A DNA stretch of 64,000 nt from an uncultured Oligoflexia bacterium (GTDB lineage Bacteria; Bdellovibrionota; UBA1018; CAZJVD01), in assembly GCA_964549505.1 (NCBI GenBank), contig CAZJVD010000001.1, positions 108,719 through 172,718 on the forward strand, read 5' to 3'. Position numbers and translations under genes: made by a program. Below the pieces are notes generated by a model. That model saw only the letters and a program-made list of their open reading frames with translations. It did not search any database and was not told the DNA's origin. Shown in pieces: positions 47,934 through 57,602 of the stretch; positions within the stretch are counted from its first letter, which is position 1, and the number at the start of each line of letters is the position of its first letter.

Positions 47934-48528
47934 TAAGGTCATAGAAATTATTTCTGGCCCTAACGGAAGCGGCAAATCGACATTTGCCGAAACTCTTTTT
48001 TCTAAACGCATCACCAAAGACAAAAAAAACTATTTCATCAACCCGGATATTCTCGCGTCCGGGCTATCTTTTTCCAACAGTGAAGTCGCTGCGTTCCATG
48101 CTGGCCGCCTTATGCTTCAGTCCGTGAAGGAATTTGTAAGAAATGGTGAATCTTTTGCCTTTGAATCCACTCTTTCAGGAAAAACTTGGCTTAAATTTTT
48201 ACAAGCGGCAATTGGAACGGGTTACGAAATCAGAATCCATTTTATTTACCTAGATCGAGTCAGCGAAAATATTAAACGCGTAAAGAGCCGGGTCCAACAG
48301 GGCGGGCATTCGGTTCCGGTCGATGCCATTAGAAGACGCTATCCAAAATCTTTTTATAATTTTTGGAATAAGTATCGCCCCTTGGCTAAAGAATGGTTTA
48401 TTTTCAACAACTCCAATTCAAAACCCAAACTGATCCATTCGAATCGAACTTTTGATCTCTTAAAATTTTCAGAACAAGAAAGTTTTGTTCGACATTTCCT
48501 AAAGGGAAAGCAAAATGGCTCGGACTAA
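47926..48528 (+). CDS. P-loop kinase of the zeta-toxin / AAA_33 fold (about 200 aa)
   Basis: VIEIISGPNGSGKSTFAETLF Walker A, followed by the FINPDIL and ESTLSG segments expected in zeta-toxin-like kinases. The ATG at 47926 overlaps the decarboxylase stop as ATGGCTGA. Confidence 0.55.
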   Translation: MADKVIEIISGPNGSGKSTFAETLFSKRITKDKKNYFINPDILASGLSFSNSEVAAFHAGRLMLQSVKEFVRNGESFAFESTLSGKTWLKFLQAAIGTGYEIRIHFIYLDRVSENIKRVKSRVQQGGHSVPVDAIRRRYPKSFYNFWNKYRPLAKEWFIFNNSNSKPKLIHSNRTFDLLKFSEQESFVRHFLKGKQNGSD

Positions 48529-48691
48529 AATACCCAAGCTGTCTAAGGAGCTCCAGGAAACATTGAAAGAGTTCCCAAAAACAGTGGCACTCAAAAAAAA
48601 GCGCGGTCTCGCTCGCATTAAGTTTCGGGAAAAAACGTTTGGACCCTTGGTCAGAGAACTTGAAAAATATCTGAAGAAAGACCGAGAGTAA
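48515..48691 (+). CDS. Small basic hypothetical protein (58 aa), overlapped start with the upstream kinase gene
   Basis: MARTKIPKLSKELQETLKEFPKTVALKKKRGLARIKFREKTFGPLVRELEKYLKKDRE. Its ATG lies 11 nt before the kinase stop. Too short for the ORF track. No homology recognised. Confidence 0.25.
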   Translation: MARTKIPKLSKELQETLKEFPKTVALKKKRGLARIKFREKTFGPLVRELEKYLKKDRE

Positions 48692-48721
48692 CGCGAAAGC
48701 AGAAGCCGTGAGATCCCAGAT

Positions 48722-49663
48722 CTACTGTTGAATCGACAGGGTCTTTGTATCGATACTTAAACCATTGTCGGTCAGTTCTATAACTTCGGTTTTTCCCGAC
48801 TCGAGCAGCACTTCGATAACGGGATTGAACTTCACACGCTCGCCCACTAAGCCTGGCTCTCGGGCTTGTTTCGGCGACCGCTGAGATATTTTCACTACCG
48901 GTGATTCAAACTCCAGGGGATCGAATTCGCCCGCTCTTTCACCTGCAGTTACGTCAACCACTTTTATAGAGCTTCCCGTCCCCAACAACGCTACCAATTT
49001 ACCGTGTTTCGCAGTCAACAGTCCGTGAGGATCTATTTCATCAAAGCGAACCGTGACAGCAGTCGTAAGAGGCTGATCCAGTTGATAGGATGCCGTTTCT
49101 TTCAACTTGCCTAAGCGAACTTTCACGACTCTTAGTCCATCACGACTGAAAGCAAAAACATGCTCATTGGTTCGTGTAGTGGTCCCATCGTCACGTCTGT
49201 GACTCTCATGCCTAGACTCCAGAGCAAAAGCGGGCTGAGGAAAGGCAAAATTAGAATGAATTGAATACCCATGTTCTGTGACCTCATACAGGTAAACTCC
49301 ATCGCGTGTGGCGGCCACAACCGCTTGAACAGGAGCGTCGGTGATGCCGGTATCGGCACTAGACATCCTCTTGTCTGGATACATCGTTTGCACGTCGAAA
49401 TATAAGACAGGGGAATTAAAAGTTAGTGGGTGCACCCACGAGGAAGGGTTCACATTCGTTCGCTCGAAAGAAATTTCTAGATCACGTTCTTTCGCATGGA
49501 CAACGATTCGGTTCTTCTCGATGTACTTGAAAAAACGGAACTGCGTCCTCGTAGTAGTAAACTCTAACACCTTAGCGCCAGCCATCCCCGGAGCACATTC
49601 GAGCGCAGCCAATCCGGTATTAGGAAGCAAAACGAAACAGGCCAAAATAGCAAAAGTCCTCAT
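48722..49663 (-). CDS. Secreted hypothetical protein (313 aa)
   Basis: Signal peptide MRTFAILACFVLLPNTGLAA. Beta-rich. No motifs recognised. The local sequence looks more AT-rich than the flanks. Confidence 0.4.
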   Translation of the reverse strand: MRTFAILACFVLLPNTGLAALECAPGMAGAKVLEFTTTRTQFRFFKYIEKNRIVVHAKERDLEISFERTNVNPSSWVHPLTFNSPVLYFDVQTMYPDKRMSSADTGITDAPVQAVVAATRDGVYLYEVTEHGYSIHSNFAFPQPAFALESRHESHRRDDGTTTRTNEHVFAFSRDGLRVVKVRLGKLKETASYQLDQPLTTAVTVRFDEIDPHGLLTAKHGKLVALLGTGSSIKVVDVTAGERAGEFDPLEFESPVVKISQRSPKQAREPGLVGERVKFNPVIEVLLESGKTEVIELTDNGLSIDTKTLSIQQ

Positions 49664-49736
49664 GCAAGCCTCTTACAGTGGCGTAATGCTATAAGTCAAA
49701 TTTATTGGCGGTTTACACTACGCGAGCAAACGAACT

Positions 49737-50948
49737 CTACTTCTTCAAAGACTCTTCCAGCAGTCGAATCTTAGTTTCCGTGAGGGTGTCAGGCGACTGA
49801 ATCTGGCTCAAAAGAATTCCTTCATTCTTGAACCACTGGGAAATCTCGTCAACAGCGGTTCGTACCTTAGACATTTGGGTCTCAAGCGCAACGGCTCGAT
49901 TAGGGTCTTCTGAAGACTCAATCGAAACGAGATAAAAGGTCGCCTTTGATCCCTCGAGTTCGAAGCGACCCAAGCATGTGCTATCCACATTAGAATCAAA
50001 TTTTGGAAAGATATCTCTGTTCTTGTAAGCCGCTTCGACCTTAGCGGTAACATCGGCAGCCACCTGGGCTTCTGTCTCTCCCAACGATAAGAAAGTCTGG
50101 AACTCCTTGACCAACGCGCTGAGTGGTCCCACAGATCCCGGTGTGTTGAGCTCGGCGACAATCCGTTCCTTGGCACGGACTGCGGCCGCCCGGTAAGCCG
50201 GAAGTCGCGCAAGTTCACGATCATTGATCATTGCGTGAAAGGGCGACTCTTGGCGGGTGTATCGCTTGTTATGAAAATCATGCTGGACCAAACCAAAAAT
50301 GAATCCCGGATGTCGATCGAGCTGCTCGGTACCGCCTTCAAAAAAATCAGGTGGTAACAATACGATCTGTCGCTCGTCGTTGTATTCTCCGTTCCAAACG
50401 TACTCGCCGACATGGGGCTCGTTTCGGTCGTCCGTAGCAAATGCGATGTAGTAGTAAAACTGTGCCGACACCTCACACTTCCAAAACAGATCATCGGCCA
50501 TCTGGCAAAGCATATGAGGCGTAGGCGCCTTGCCTGCTTCAGCTAACTGGATCCAAGGATTTTTTCCATTTGTCCCAGTTTGCTCCGACATGGAACGCTC
50601 CCAATCCCGGATTGGTAGAATTCGCACCCTCACCCAGTCCGGATGTCTCTCAGTCGATACAACGATAGAGTAAATGCCTTTTGAATTGAGATACTTTGTA
50701 AGACCGTAAGCAGCATCCAATGCTTGTTTGCGGGACGGGCTCGCTTGCGCTGCTGACCCCACGAACCGGGCGTAGAACTCTTGGAATTTGGCCTTTCCGA
50801 TCACACCCTCAGCATCGATTTCTTTGAGTGCATCGGCTTCCTGCCCAAAAGCAGACAATGTGAGAACTGAAAACAGGGACACACCGGTTAAAAACAATCC
50901 GAGCTTAGACACAGCGATGCTTATAGCAAGGTTGACATTATTTAACAA
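49737..50948 (-). CDS. Secreted hypothetical protein (403 aa)
   Basis: N-terminal hydrophobic segment LGLFLTGVSLFSVLTLSAFGQ. No recognisable catalytic motif. Confidence 0.4.
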   Translation of the reverse strand: MLNNVNLAISIAVSKLGLFLTGVSLFSVLTLSAFGQEADALKEIDAEGVIGKAKFQEFYARFVGSAAQASPSRKQALDAAYGLTKYLNSKGIYSIVVSTERHPDWVRVRILPIRDWERSMSEQTGTNGKNPWIQLAEAGKAPTPHMLCQMADDLFWKCEVSAQFYYYIAFATDDRNEPHVGEYVWNGEYNDERQIVLLPPDFFEGGTEQLDRHPGFIFGLVQHDFHNKRYTRQESPFHAMINDRELARLPAYRAAAVRAKERIVAELNTPGSVGPLSALVKEFQTFLSLGETEAQVAADVTAKVEAAYKNRDIFPKFDSNVDSTCLGRFELEGSKATFYLVSIESSEDPNRAVALETQMSKVRTAVDEISQWFKNEGILLSQIQSPDTLTETKIRLLEESLKK

Positions 50949-51085
50949 GTATTGTGTACATCGCGAACACCGGAAGTCCCACCGCTGTCCGTCAACATGC
51001 TGACGAACCTATGCCTCGGGGTAATTCTCTAAACAGTGTTCCAGTATCATCCGAAGTAAATGAGTGAGGCTGCGCACGCTCAACC

Positions 51086-51658
51086 ATGGCTGAAATTAAG
51101 AAAAAACACCGCTACCGACATGCCGAAGGAAAGCGCTGGATTGAAGTTCGTGTCCGGAGCCCCCAGCAGCTCTTTGATGTCCGAGACCCAGCGCCGTTTC
51201 GGGAGCGCGATCTTGATGACGACTTCGTTGAGTACGTCACTTCGTCCGTCGGTGAGTTTTCGCTTTCGAGTCCGCTAAAGGTCATCATCTATGTTGAAGA
51301 AGACGAGAGCCAGACCTTACCTCGTGATTCCATTCGCGAGGCCGTGCGAAGCTACTTCAGTTATCAAATCGATCTTCAGCGGAGTATTCTCAAGAACTTC
51401 ATGAAACGAGCTCAGATCTTTCTGATTATTGGTCTAGCCATTCTGTTCTCGTGCATCAGCATTGCCCAGGGTCTGAAGCTTCCCGAGCACCCGGGTCTTC
51501 TTGGAATTCTACGCGAAGGCATTGTCATTTTTGGTTGGGTTTCGATCTGGAAACCGATCGAGCTCATCTTGTTCGACTGGTATCCGTTGCTGGACAAGCT
51601 TCGGCTGTACAAGAAAATATCCACGATCGAGATCGACATCCGATTTGCGTCACGATGA
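51086..51658 (+). CDS. Hypothetical membrane protein (190 aa, 2-3 TM helices)
   Basis: Hydrophilic N-terminal 110 aa. TM segments IFLIIGLAILFSCISIA and IVIFGWVSIWKPIELILF. Confidence 0.35.
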   Translation: MAEIKKKHRYRHAEGKRWIEVRVRSPQQLFDVRDPAPFRERDLDDDFVEYVTSSVGEFSLSSPLKVIIYVEEDESQTLPRDSIREAVRSYFSYQIDLQRSILKNFMKRAQIFLIIGLAILFSCISIAQGLKLPEHPGLLGILREGIVIFGWVSIWKPIELILFDWYPLLDKLRLYKKISTIEIDIRFASR

Positions 51659-51668
51659 GTGATGGGTG

Positions 51669-53228
51669 TCAGAACGTCAAGGCGGGACCACGGAGTGCCG
51701 TATCGCACGTGAATCCAATCGGCCAACCGAGCTTAGAACCGCGTCCTGACGTTACCTCCTGAACACGGAGCGTGGGCGCAGCCGGATCGCTTGTCCACAC
51801 CAAGGTCAATATGAGACTGCCCGACATGAGTCGCGTCGCAATGACGGAGTCACCCTTCAGTCGTTCTGCGAAGATGCGCACGAGCATTTCGTCTTCGCTC
51901 AACGAGAGCGACGCACGCTCTCGTTCAAACTTCTCACGTTGCACCGTCATCACGACCTTAATCCTGGTCAACGGGGCACACGGTGGCAAAAACCTACCGT
52001 TCTTTACGCAGGCTACGAGATCCGGCTTCGCTAGAGCGTAGAAATGTAGAAGCTGATCGACGGCCTGAGCCGCTGTGAGATCGGAGTTACTCTTGAAGAT
52101 CAAAGCAAGACGGTGGGTCACTAAGGGAGCCGCCATCGACGTACCGGACAAGTGAATCGTACCACCTCCCACACGTGCGCTTTGTAATGCCTCCGCAGGC
52201 GACGCAACCTCAACGTCCTCAACCGAGAAACTACTGAAACTCGCTCTTCTCGTTCCACTGGCGTTGGTTCCTGCCACGCGCACAACATTGGGGAGACGTA
52301 TTCCGCTAAGACTATCGTCGGGTGTGCTCATTGGGTCGCCATCGTTACCCGCAGCGATCACAAACACGATCTCTGGATTGTCCTGTATGACTTGGCGGAA
52401 CTCTTGTGCCGCGATGGCAGCCGCTCGATCAGCATAGCTCTGCCACTGACCCGTCAACAGAAGTCGCCTCCAGAATCCAAGCCGATGATGTACGTTTTTT
52501 CGGGTCGTCTTTGCGTCCTGAGCAAAGCTCATGTTGACGATACGAACGCCAGCCTGCTTGAACCCAGCCATCACGGTCTCGAGTTCAGCGCGATACTCTG
52601 CGCGGGCCCTCTCAGGATCGAAGGACAGGATTTTCTCGTGGAGCGCACGTCCTACGTGGTTTACGCCGCTCAGGTAAGGATAGCTGAGAATCCGAATCTC
52701 AGGATCCCGCGCCGTGATCAGACCCGCAACATGGGTACCGTGCAAATAAAAACCGAACGACTGTGCCTTCTCACGAAACTTCGGCGACACACGCACCCGA
52801 AAGGCAAATTCATAAGCGTTCGTCGCCTGTTCATCGGCACCTTTACCTAGCGCCGCGTATAATGCATTCGCATTCAAGCCCTTCACCAGCTCCGTGTTTT
52901 CCTGCGAAGAAAACTGAAGGCTGAGTCTCTCAAGAGCTCGATTGTTGAACTCAAGCCACGAAAGCGGTCCCGGTAGTTCGGAGACGAAATCTCGAGGGGA
53001 TGTAGCTAACGAACGCATCCAATCGAGTTCGATCGAGGGCACCAACCAGGGATGACCGAGATCGACGGGTCCGTCCAGGAGACCGACAGCGACAGGGTCG
53101 GCGAACGACGCGGGGACGTTAGCGATCGCGGCGATCGAAAGCGCAAGGACATATCTTCTGATAACGGCGATGCGGCTCACGGTCACGGAAACATCTCGCG
53201 GATCTCTTTTTCGCTGACCTGCCGACAT
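51669..53228 (-). CDS. Subtilisin-like serine peptidase (S8 family)
   Basis: Catalytic triad contexts: Asp in VAVGLLDGPVD, His in HGTHVAGLI, Ser in GTSMAAPLVT. N-terminal signal-like AIANVPASFA. Confidence 0.8.
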   Translation of the reverse strand: MSAGQRKRDPRDVSVTVSRIAVIRRYVLALSIAAIANVPASFADPVAVGLLDGPVDLGHPWLVPSIELDWMRSLATSPRDFVSELPGPLSWLEFNNRALERLSLQFSSQENTELVKGLNANALYAALGKGADEQATNAYEFAFRVRVSPKFREKAQSFGFYLHGTHVAGLITARDPEIRILSYPYLSGVNHVGRALHEKILSFDPERARAEYRAELETVMAGFKQAGVRIVNMSFAQDAKTTRKNVHHRLGFWRRLLLTGQWQSYADRAAAIAAQEFRQVIQDNPEIVFVIAAGNDGDPMSTPDDSLSGIRLPNVVRVAGTNASGTRRASFSSFSVEDVEVASPAEALQSARVGGGTIHLSGTSMAAPLVTHRLALIFKSNSDLTAAQAVDQLLHFYALAKPDLVACVKNGRFLPPCAPLTRIKVVMTVQREKFERERASLSLSEDEMLVRIFAERLKGDSVIATRLMSGSLILTLVWTSDPAAPTLRVQEVTSGRGSKLGWPIGFTCDTALRGPALTF

Positions 53229-53905
53229 TTTCCAGCCGGTAGCGTGCCCAGCTTTAACCCACCAAACTCGACCCGTTTGAGTGCCGTCACTTCATGTCCA
53301 ATGGCTCTCAACAGCCGTCGAATCTCGCGGTTCTTTCCCGTACGCAACGTGACCACAAGATGGGTTTCTTTGCGACTCGCCTTTCGGACAGTGACATCTG
53401 CGGCTTGGAGTTTCTCCCCGTCGTCAACAATACCTTTTAGGAGCTTTCCACGACCGATGTCCGTCACCTCTCCGCGAACCGTGACGAGATACACGCGTGC
53501 GATCGCGTTCTTCGGATCGGTAAGACGCGCGCTCAGCATGTTGTCGTTTGTGAAAAGCAAAAGCCCGCTGGTTGCCTGATCGAGCCGTCCGATCGGATGC
53601 AGATCGCGTTCGTCAGCCGGCAAGAGCGAATAAACCGTCGGCCGCCCACGTTCGTCCGACTTCGTCGTGACCACACCTTTTGTTTTGTGCAGCAAAATTA
53701 CTCGCCGCTCTCGCGTAACAGTGTCGTGACCTTCAACCACAATCCGCGTCGACCCGACAGTCACAAAACGACCCACGTCACGACAAACGGTCGCGTCCAC
53801 ACGAACCGCACCACCGCGAATCAACACCAGTGCTTCTTTTCGAGAACAGATCCCGAGTTTGCTAAGCGCGCGATCGAGTGTGCAGCGTGTTTTTGAGGTA
53901 CTCAC
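53183..53905 (-). CDS. Pseudouridine synthase, RsuA/RluB family (S4 + catalytic domain)
   Basis: S4-like LDRALSKLGICSRKEA. Catalytic Asp motif GRLDQATSGLLLFTND. Confidence 0.8.
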   Translation of the reverse strand: MSTSKTRCTLDRALSKLGICSRKEALVLIRGGAVRVDATVCRDVGRFVTVGSTRIVVEGHDTVTRERRVILLHKTKGVVTTKSDERGRPTVYSLLPADERDLHPIGRLDQATSGLLLFTNDNMLSARLTDPKNAIARVYLVTVRGEVTDIGRGKLLKGIVDDGEKLQAADVTVRKASRKETHLVVTLRTGKNREIRRLLRAIGHEVTALKRVEFGGLKLGTLPAGKCRQVSEKEIREMFP

Positions 53906-54867
53906 TTGGCGATCGAATATTCAATTCTTCCAGATACGCAATCGAGCTCACTCTTTGGCAACTCAATCGATACGACCAACTCCGTTGCCGTCTCGCTCTT
54001 CACACTCACACGAGCCTTGCTATGCAAAGTGCCTGAAAACACCGTATCGAGATGGCATTCGAATGGCGACAAACAGCTGAATACTTCACGCCCACCGATC
54101 ACGAGACGTTTCTCTCCAAACGCGACTTTCAAGCTCGCAGACTCCTCAGTGCCCAGTCCCATTCCCTTTTTCCCGTGCGGGTAGCTCTTGATTTCAAGTT
54201 TCGCTGGAAAACCATTGAAATGGACGACCGTTGCCACTGTATGTTGAGTGTTCAACAAACCTTCGATCACGTTCTTGTCTGAAATCTCACGACAGCGCCC
54301 AACACGCGACACCTCGAGATCCTCGGTCTTCGTAAGAACCTGCGCTACAGCGCTAAACGACGTCAGCCAAAGCAGTTCCGTTGGAGCTGATATGGCGTGC
54401 AGCCGAATATAGAAACCGTCCTTGCAAGGTTCCTCTGGATTCGGAGCATCTTGCTTCGCCTTACACTGTATCTCTCCGCGGTACTCGGCACCTTCAACTT
54501 CAGTGACTTCCGTCCCCGCTTTGGCTTGCTCAAACCACGGATACTTGGATTCGAGAAGATTCGCCTTCCACACACCATCACTACCGGCCTCAAGCTTTCC
54601 ACTCATGATCAGAGTCCGATCCTTCAGCTCGATACGACCATGCACGATCGTCAAATCGAACGGCGAGTGAAAAACGAAAACAGATTTAAACTGCGTCTGA
54701 GCTGACCGCGGCTCGGGGTGGGATTGTGACTCGGATCGAGAGTAATCTGTCCTGGTATGCGATTCGCTTTTCTTCTCATCTTCGGACGAAGAACAGCCGG
54801 TCACAAGCACGCACACGAAGCACGCCAACAGACCCGCCAATAGAGACGATAAATTTGATCGTTTCAT
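53902..54867 (-). CDS. Hypothetical lipoprotein
   Basis: LLAGLLACFVCVLVTGCSSSE lipobox. No other motif. Confidence 0.4.
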   Translation of the reverse strand: MKRSNLSSLLAGLLACFVCVLVTGCSSSEDEKKSESHTRTDYSRSESQSHPEPRSAQTQFKSVFVFHSPFDLTIVHGRIELKDRTLIMSGKLEAGSDGVWKANLLESKYPWFEQAKAGTEVTEVEGAEYRGEIQCKAKQDAPNPEEPCKDGFYIRLHAISAPTELLWLTSFSAVAQVLTKTEDLEVSRVGRCREISDKNVIEGLLNTQHTVATVVHFNGFPAKLEIKSYPHGKKGMGLGTEESASLKVAFGEKRLVIGGREVFSCLSPFECHLDTVFSGTLHSKARVSVKSETATELVVSIELPKSELDCVSGRIEYSIAK

Positions 54868-54919
54868 AAAATCGGCCGGACTCTATCGCTACTGACAATA
54901 TGTGTCAATAACCAGGCTT

Positions 54920-55567
54920 TTATTCAAGCAGGAGGGTTTTGAGGCGCTCGGTCCCGAGAGCCGCAAGACATGCGCTTCGATGATGACCGGTAAAGATTTC
55001 GTAAGGACCATTTTCAATACTTTGACCAAACCGCGTCTTCGCAAACGACGTGGTGAGCACGGAGACGTAGTGACCGTTCCACGGTGGCTGGAGATAACCC
55101 GTTTTCTTGATGACCTCGTAAAGATCCAAGAACCCTCGCGTCTTGGCGATAATCTTCTCATGCGGAACCTGAACAGGACTGGTCTGGCCGATCTTGAAAT
55201 AGTCGGCCTTGAAACCCACTTTGTTAAACTGAGAACGGAACGCGTAGTACGGGGTTTGCTCGATCGTCGCGAGCGTTTTCTCGCGACCATCGCGCTCGTA
55301 CTGCAATAACAGTCGATAGTGTGGTGACACAAACACCGATCGTTCCGGAGTACGTCCGTCGCCAACAAAGAACTGCGCAAAATGTTCGTGAATCAAGGGC
55401 TCGACGGCAAACCGAAGGTCGGAGAGAGCAACTTCTTCGACACGAATAGGGCGCAGGCCCAACGACTTAAAGAGGGCCGAATCCTTCTGCGTGATCTGTA
55501 ACTTCGAACGCGCCGTCTCCACAGTCACGAGGCGCCTTGGATCCTTGCGAAAGAGAAAACCAAACAC
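54920..55567 (-). CDS. Hypothetical protein in polysaccharide cluster
   Basis: 215 aa. No motif recognised. Immediately downstream of the GT4 gene on the same strand. Confidence 0.3.
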   Translation of the reverse strand: MFGFLFRKDPRRLVTVETARSKLQITQKDSALFKSLGLRPIRVEEVALSDLRFAVEPLIHEHFAQFFVGDGRTPERSVFVSPHYRLLLQYERDGREKTLATIEQTPYYAFRSQFNKVGFKADYFKIGQTSPVQVPHEKIIAKTRGFLDLYEVIKKTGYLQPPWNGHYVSVLTTSFAKTRFGQSIENGPYEIFTGHHRSACLAALGTERLKTLLLE

Positions 55568-56569
55568 CTAAGCACCCGCTCCTACCAGAAACTCCACCCA
55601 ATCACCGGCACGCTTTTCCCACGAAAACTTTTCAGTGATGGTCGAGCGCATGGCTTGCCCCATCGCCTCCAAACGACCGCGGTCGTCATGAAGCTGTTTC
55701 AACTTCTCGACAATCTTCGGCAGCGAACGTTCCACGAGAAAACCAGTTACGCCTTCTGTAATCAGATCTTCGCATCCTCCGACCGGAGTCGAAATCACTG
55801 GCCGACCTGTCGAAGCAGCTTCGAGCACACTCTGAGAAAAACCCTCCGAGTTCGATGTGCAGAGGTAAACGTCGATTTCATTGTAGAACGCTGGCATCTC
55901 TGAAAACGGAACATAGTGCTCGCGCGTTCGAACAGCCGACTTAAGTTCGATCCAGTCGAGGCCTTTGAGCTTCACGAAGAACTCACTGTAACCTTTGAGC
56001 TGATCTTGTCGAGTCGAGAGTGAGTTTCCCGAGAAGCCAACCCGAAGTGGGCGGTTCTTATCGCGGCCAAGCTCAAGACGCGGTCGAAAAAGTTCGTGGT
56101 CAACACCCGGTTCGGTCAAAACAAGATTGCGAAGACCTTGCTCGGAAAACAATCGATAGAGTCGGCGACTGACAGCGTTCACACTCCGGAAGCGAGAAAG
56201 GTGCCGAACCAAGTGTTTTGGCGGCGAAACAAGAGATGTCGGCAGCGTACGATCCCGATCCCACGCACGATGCGAATGGATACCGACTTTCACCGCTTCG
56301 TCCGGAATGCGACGAAACACTCGGCTATAGTACGAAGGACCAATCCCAAAACGACGCTTGGTCTGCGTGATCAATTGCCAGCCGACGGGAAAAATCGTCT
56401 CGAACGTCGACCACTCGTTCTCGATCTTTGATCGCTCAGTCTTGAAACTTGCGATCGCAAGCTCGGCACCTGCGTTTGTAAGATGCCGCTGACCGTAGTT
56501 CAAGATCCCCTTTAAAATATTGTGATACGACCACTCGTAGCTATCGATGATGGCTAAGATCTTCTTCAT
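55568..56569 (-). CDS. Glycosyltransferase family 4 (GT-B, retaining)
   Basis: C-terminal EX7E-type region YNEIDVYLCTSNSEGFSQSVLEAASTGRPVISTPVGGCEDLITEGVTGFLVE. Confidence 0.75.
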   Translation of the reverse strand: MKKILAIIDSYEWSYHNILKGILNYGQRHLTNAGAELAIASFKTERSKIENEWSTFETIFPVGWQLITQTKRRFGIGPSYYSRVFRRIPDEAVKVGIHSHRAWDRDRTLPTSLVSPPKHLVRHLSRFRSVNAVSRRLYRLFSEQGLRNLVLTEPGVDHELFRPRLELGRDKNRPLRVGFSGNSLSTRQDQLKGYSEFFVKLKGLDWIELKSAVRTREHYVPFSEMPAFYNEIDVYLCTSNSEGFSQSVLEAASTGRPVISTPVGGCEDLITEGVTGFLVERSLPKIVEKLKQLHDDRGRLEAMGQAMRSTITEKFSWEKRAGDWVEFLVGAGA

Positions 56570-57567
56570 GGGGCTGAACTCACTTCGACATCACCGATTT
56601 TCGTAAACGTGTAACCCTTCGAAGTAAGATGATCGAACAAGAGGTGAAGGGTGTCCCAAATCGCCTGAGTCTCCCGCTCCGTCTGTGTGTAGGGGCTCAT
56701 ACCCGTCACGAGTTCGACGTTATGGAGCATGGCTGATAGATGAACGTCGTCATACTGACGTTCGAACCAGCGCGCGACATCGACGATCTTACCGCCCTCT
56801 GAAAATCCAGGTGTGGGTCGCAACCACGCGCCATCCGAAGTGATCGAAACGGGAACTTCGATCACACTCTGACTCTGACCTGGCAGAGCCGCTTCGAGAA
56901 GATTGTTCTCCGCAGCGATGTACGGAACGAGGTGCTTTGCCTTACTGAAGTCGGCTTTGTCGTACCAGTTCCGAAACGGCGTCACGCTCGCATCGTGCGT
57001 GTACCCCAGTTGACCGAGACAGCTAAGCGTCCATGAACGCGCACCGAATCGTCCAGCACGGAAAGAACGCGCCGGATAGCCAAACGCCTGTTGAAAAATC
57101 CTACTCAGATTTTCGAGCTTTCCAAATTCGACCGACTCCGGGTACTCGCACTGCATGTCCACGGGGTCGCAACCTGAAAAGTCGGGACCTCGATAACGCG
57201 CCTTGGGCTCTAGATAGTCGCCATGCAAGTGCGTCGCGAGCTCAAATGTTTCATCCGATAGATCGCGAAGACAGCGCACACAGTTCTCGTCAAGCAGGAC
57301 AACCGGGTTGAGAAAAAGTGTCGCTTGCACGGACCAGCGCTGACAAAACTTTTCAAGCTTCGGCAACGCTTCGAGTACGCCGCGAAACGAGATCGGATTG
57401 GTCGTCGCCCACTTCGGGCCCGCATCAGGCTCGACGTCAACCGTGAGACTGAAGCTTCGCGCTGTCTCTTTGTCGAACGCCGTTCTAAAAGGCCATTTGA
57501 AGTATTTGTTCATCACGATTGTCTTGAAACCTGAGCATTTTATACACGCGCTCTTTACTCTTTGCAA
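56566..57567 (-). CDS. Possible polysaccharide deacetylase-like (CE4-like) protein
   Basis: LTVDVEPD (TFDDG-like) and ELATHLHGDY (HxxxH-like) motifs in the order expected for NodB-fold enzymes. Weak call from visual motif spacing only. Confidence 0.3.
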   Translation of the reverse strand: MQRVKSACIKCSGFKTIVMNKYFKWPFRTAFDKETARSFSLTVDVEPDAGPKWATTNPISFRGVLEALPKLEKFCQRWSVQATLFLNPVVLLDENCVRCLRDLSDETFELATHLHGDYLEPKARYRGPDFSGCDPVDMQCEYPESVEFGKLENLSRIFQQAFGYPARSFRAGRFGARSWTLSCLGQLGYTHDASVTPFRNWYDKADFSKAKHLVPYIAAENNLLEAALPGQSQSVIEVPVSITSDGAWLRPTPGFSEGGKIVDVARWFERQYDDVHLSAMLHNVELVTGMSPYTQTERETQAIWDTLHLLFDHLTSKGYTFTKIGDVEVSSAP

Positions 57568-57602
57568 AATGATCGCTTCGCCAGTAACCTACGCGGAAAA
57601 CC

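Noticed and set aside
47926-48691. Zeta-toxin-like kinase plus small ORF as a toxin-antitoxin module
   Set aside because: In zeta/epsilon systems the small antitoxin lies upstream of the toxin. Here the small ORF is downstream, and the kinase is coupled to a metabolic PLP decarboxylase. The call is kept as a metabolic kinase with TA status unresolved.
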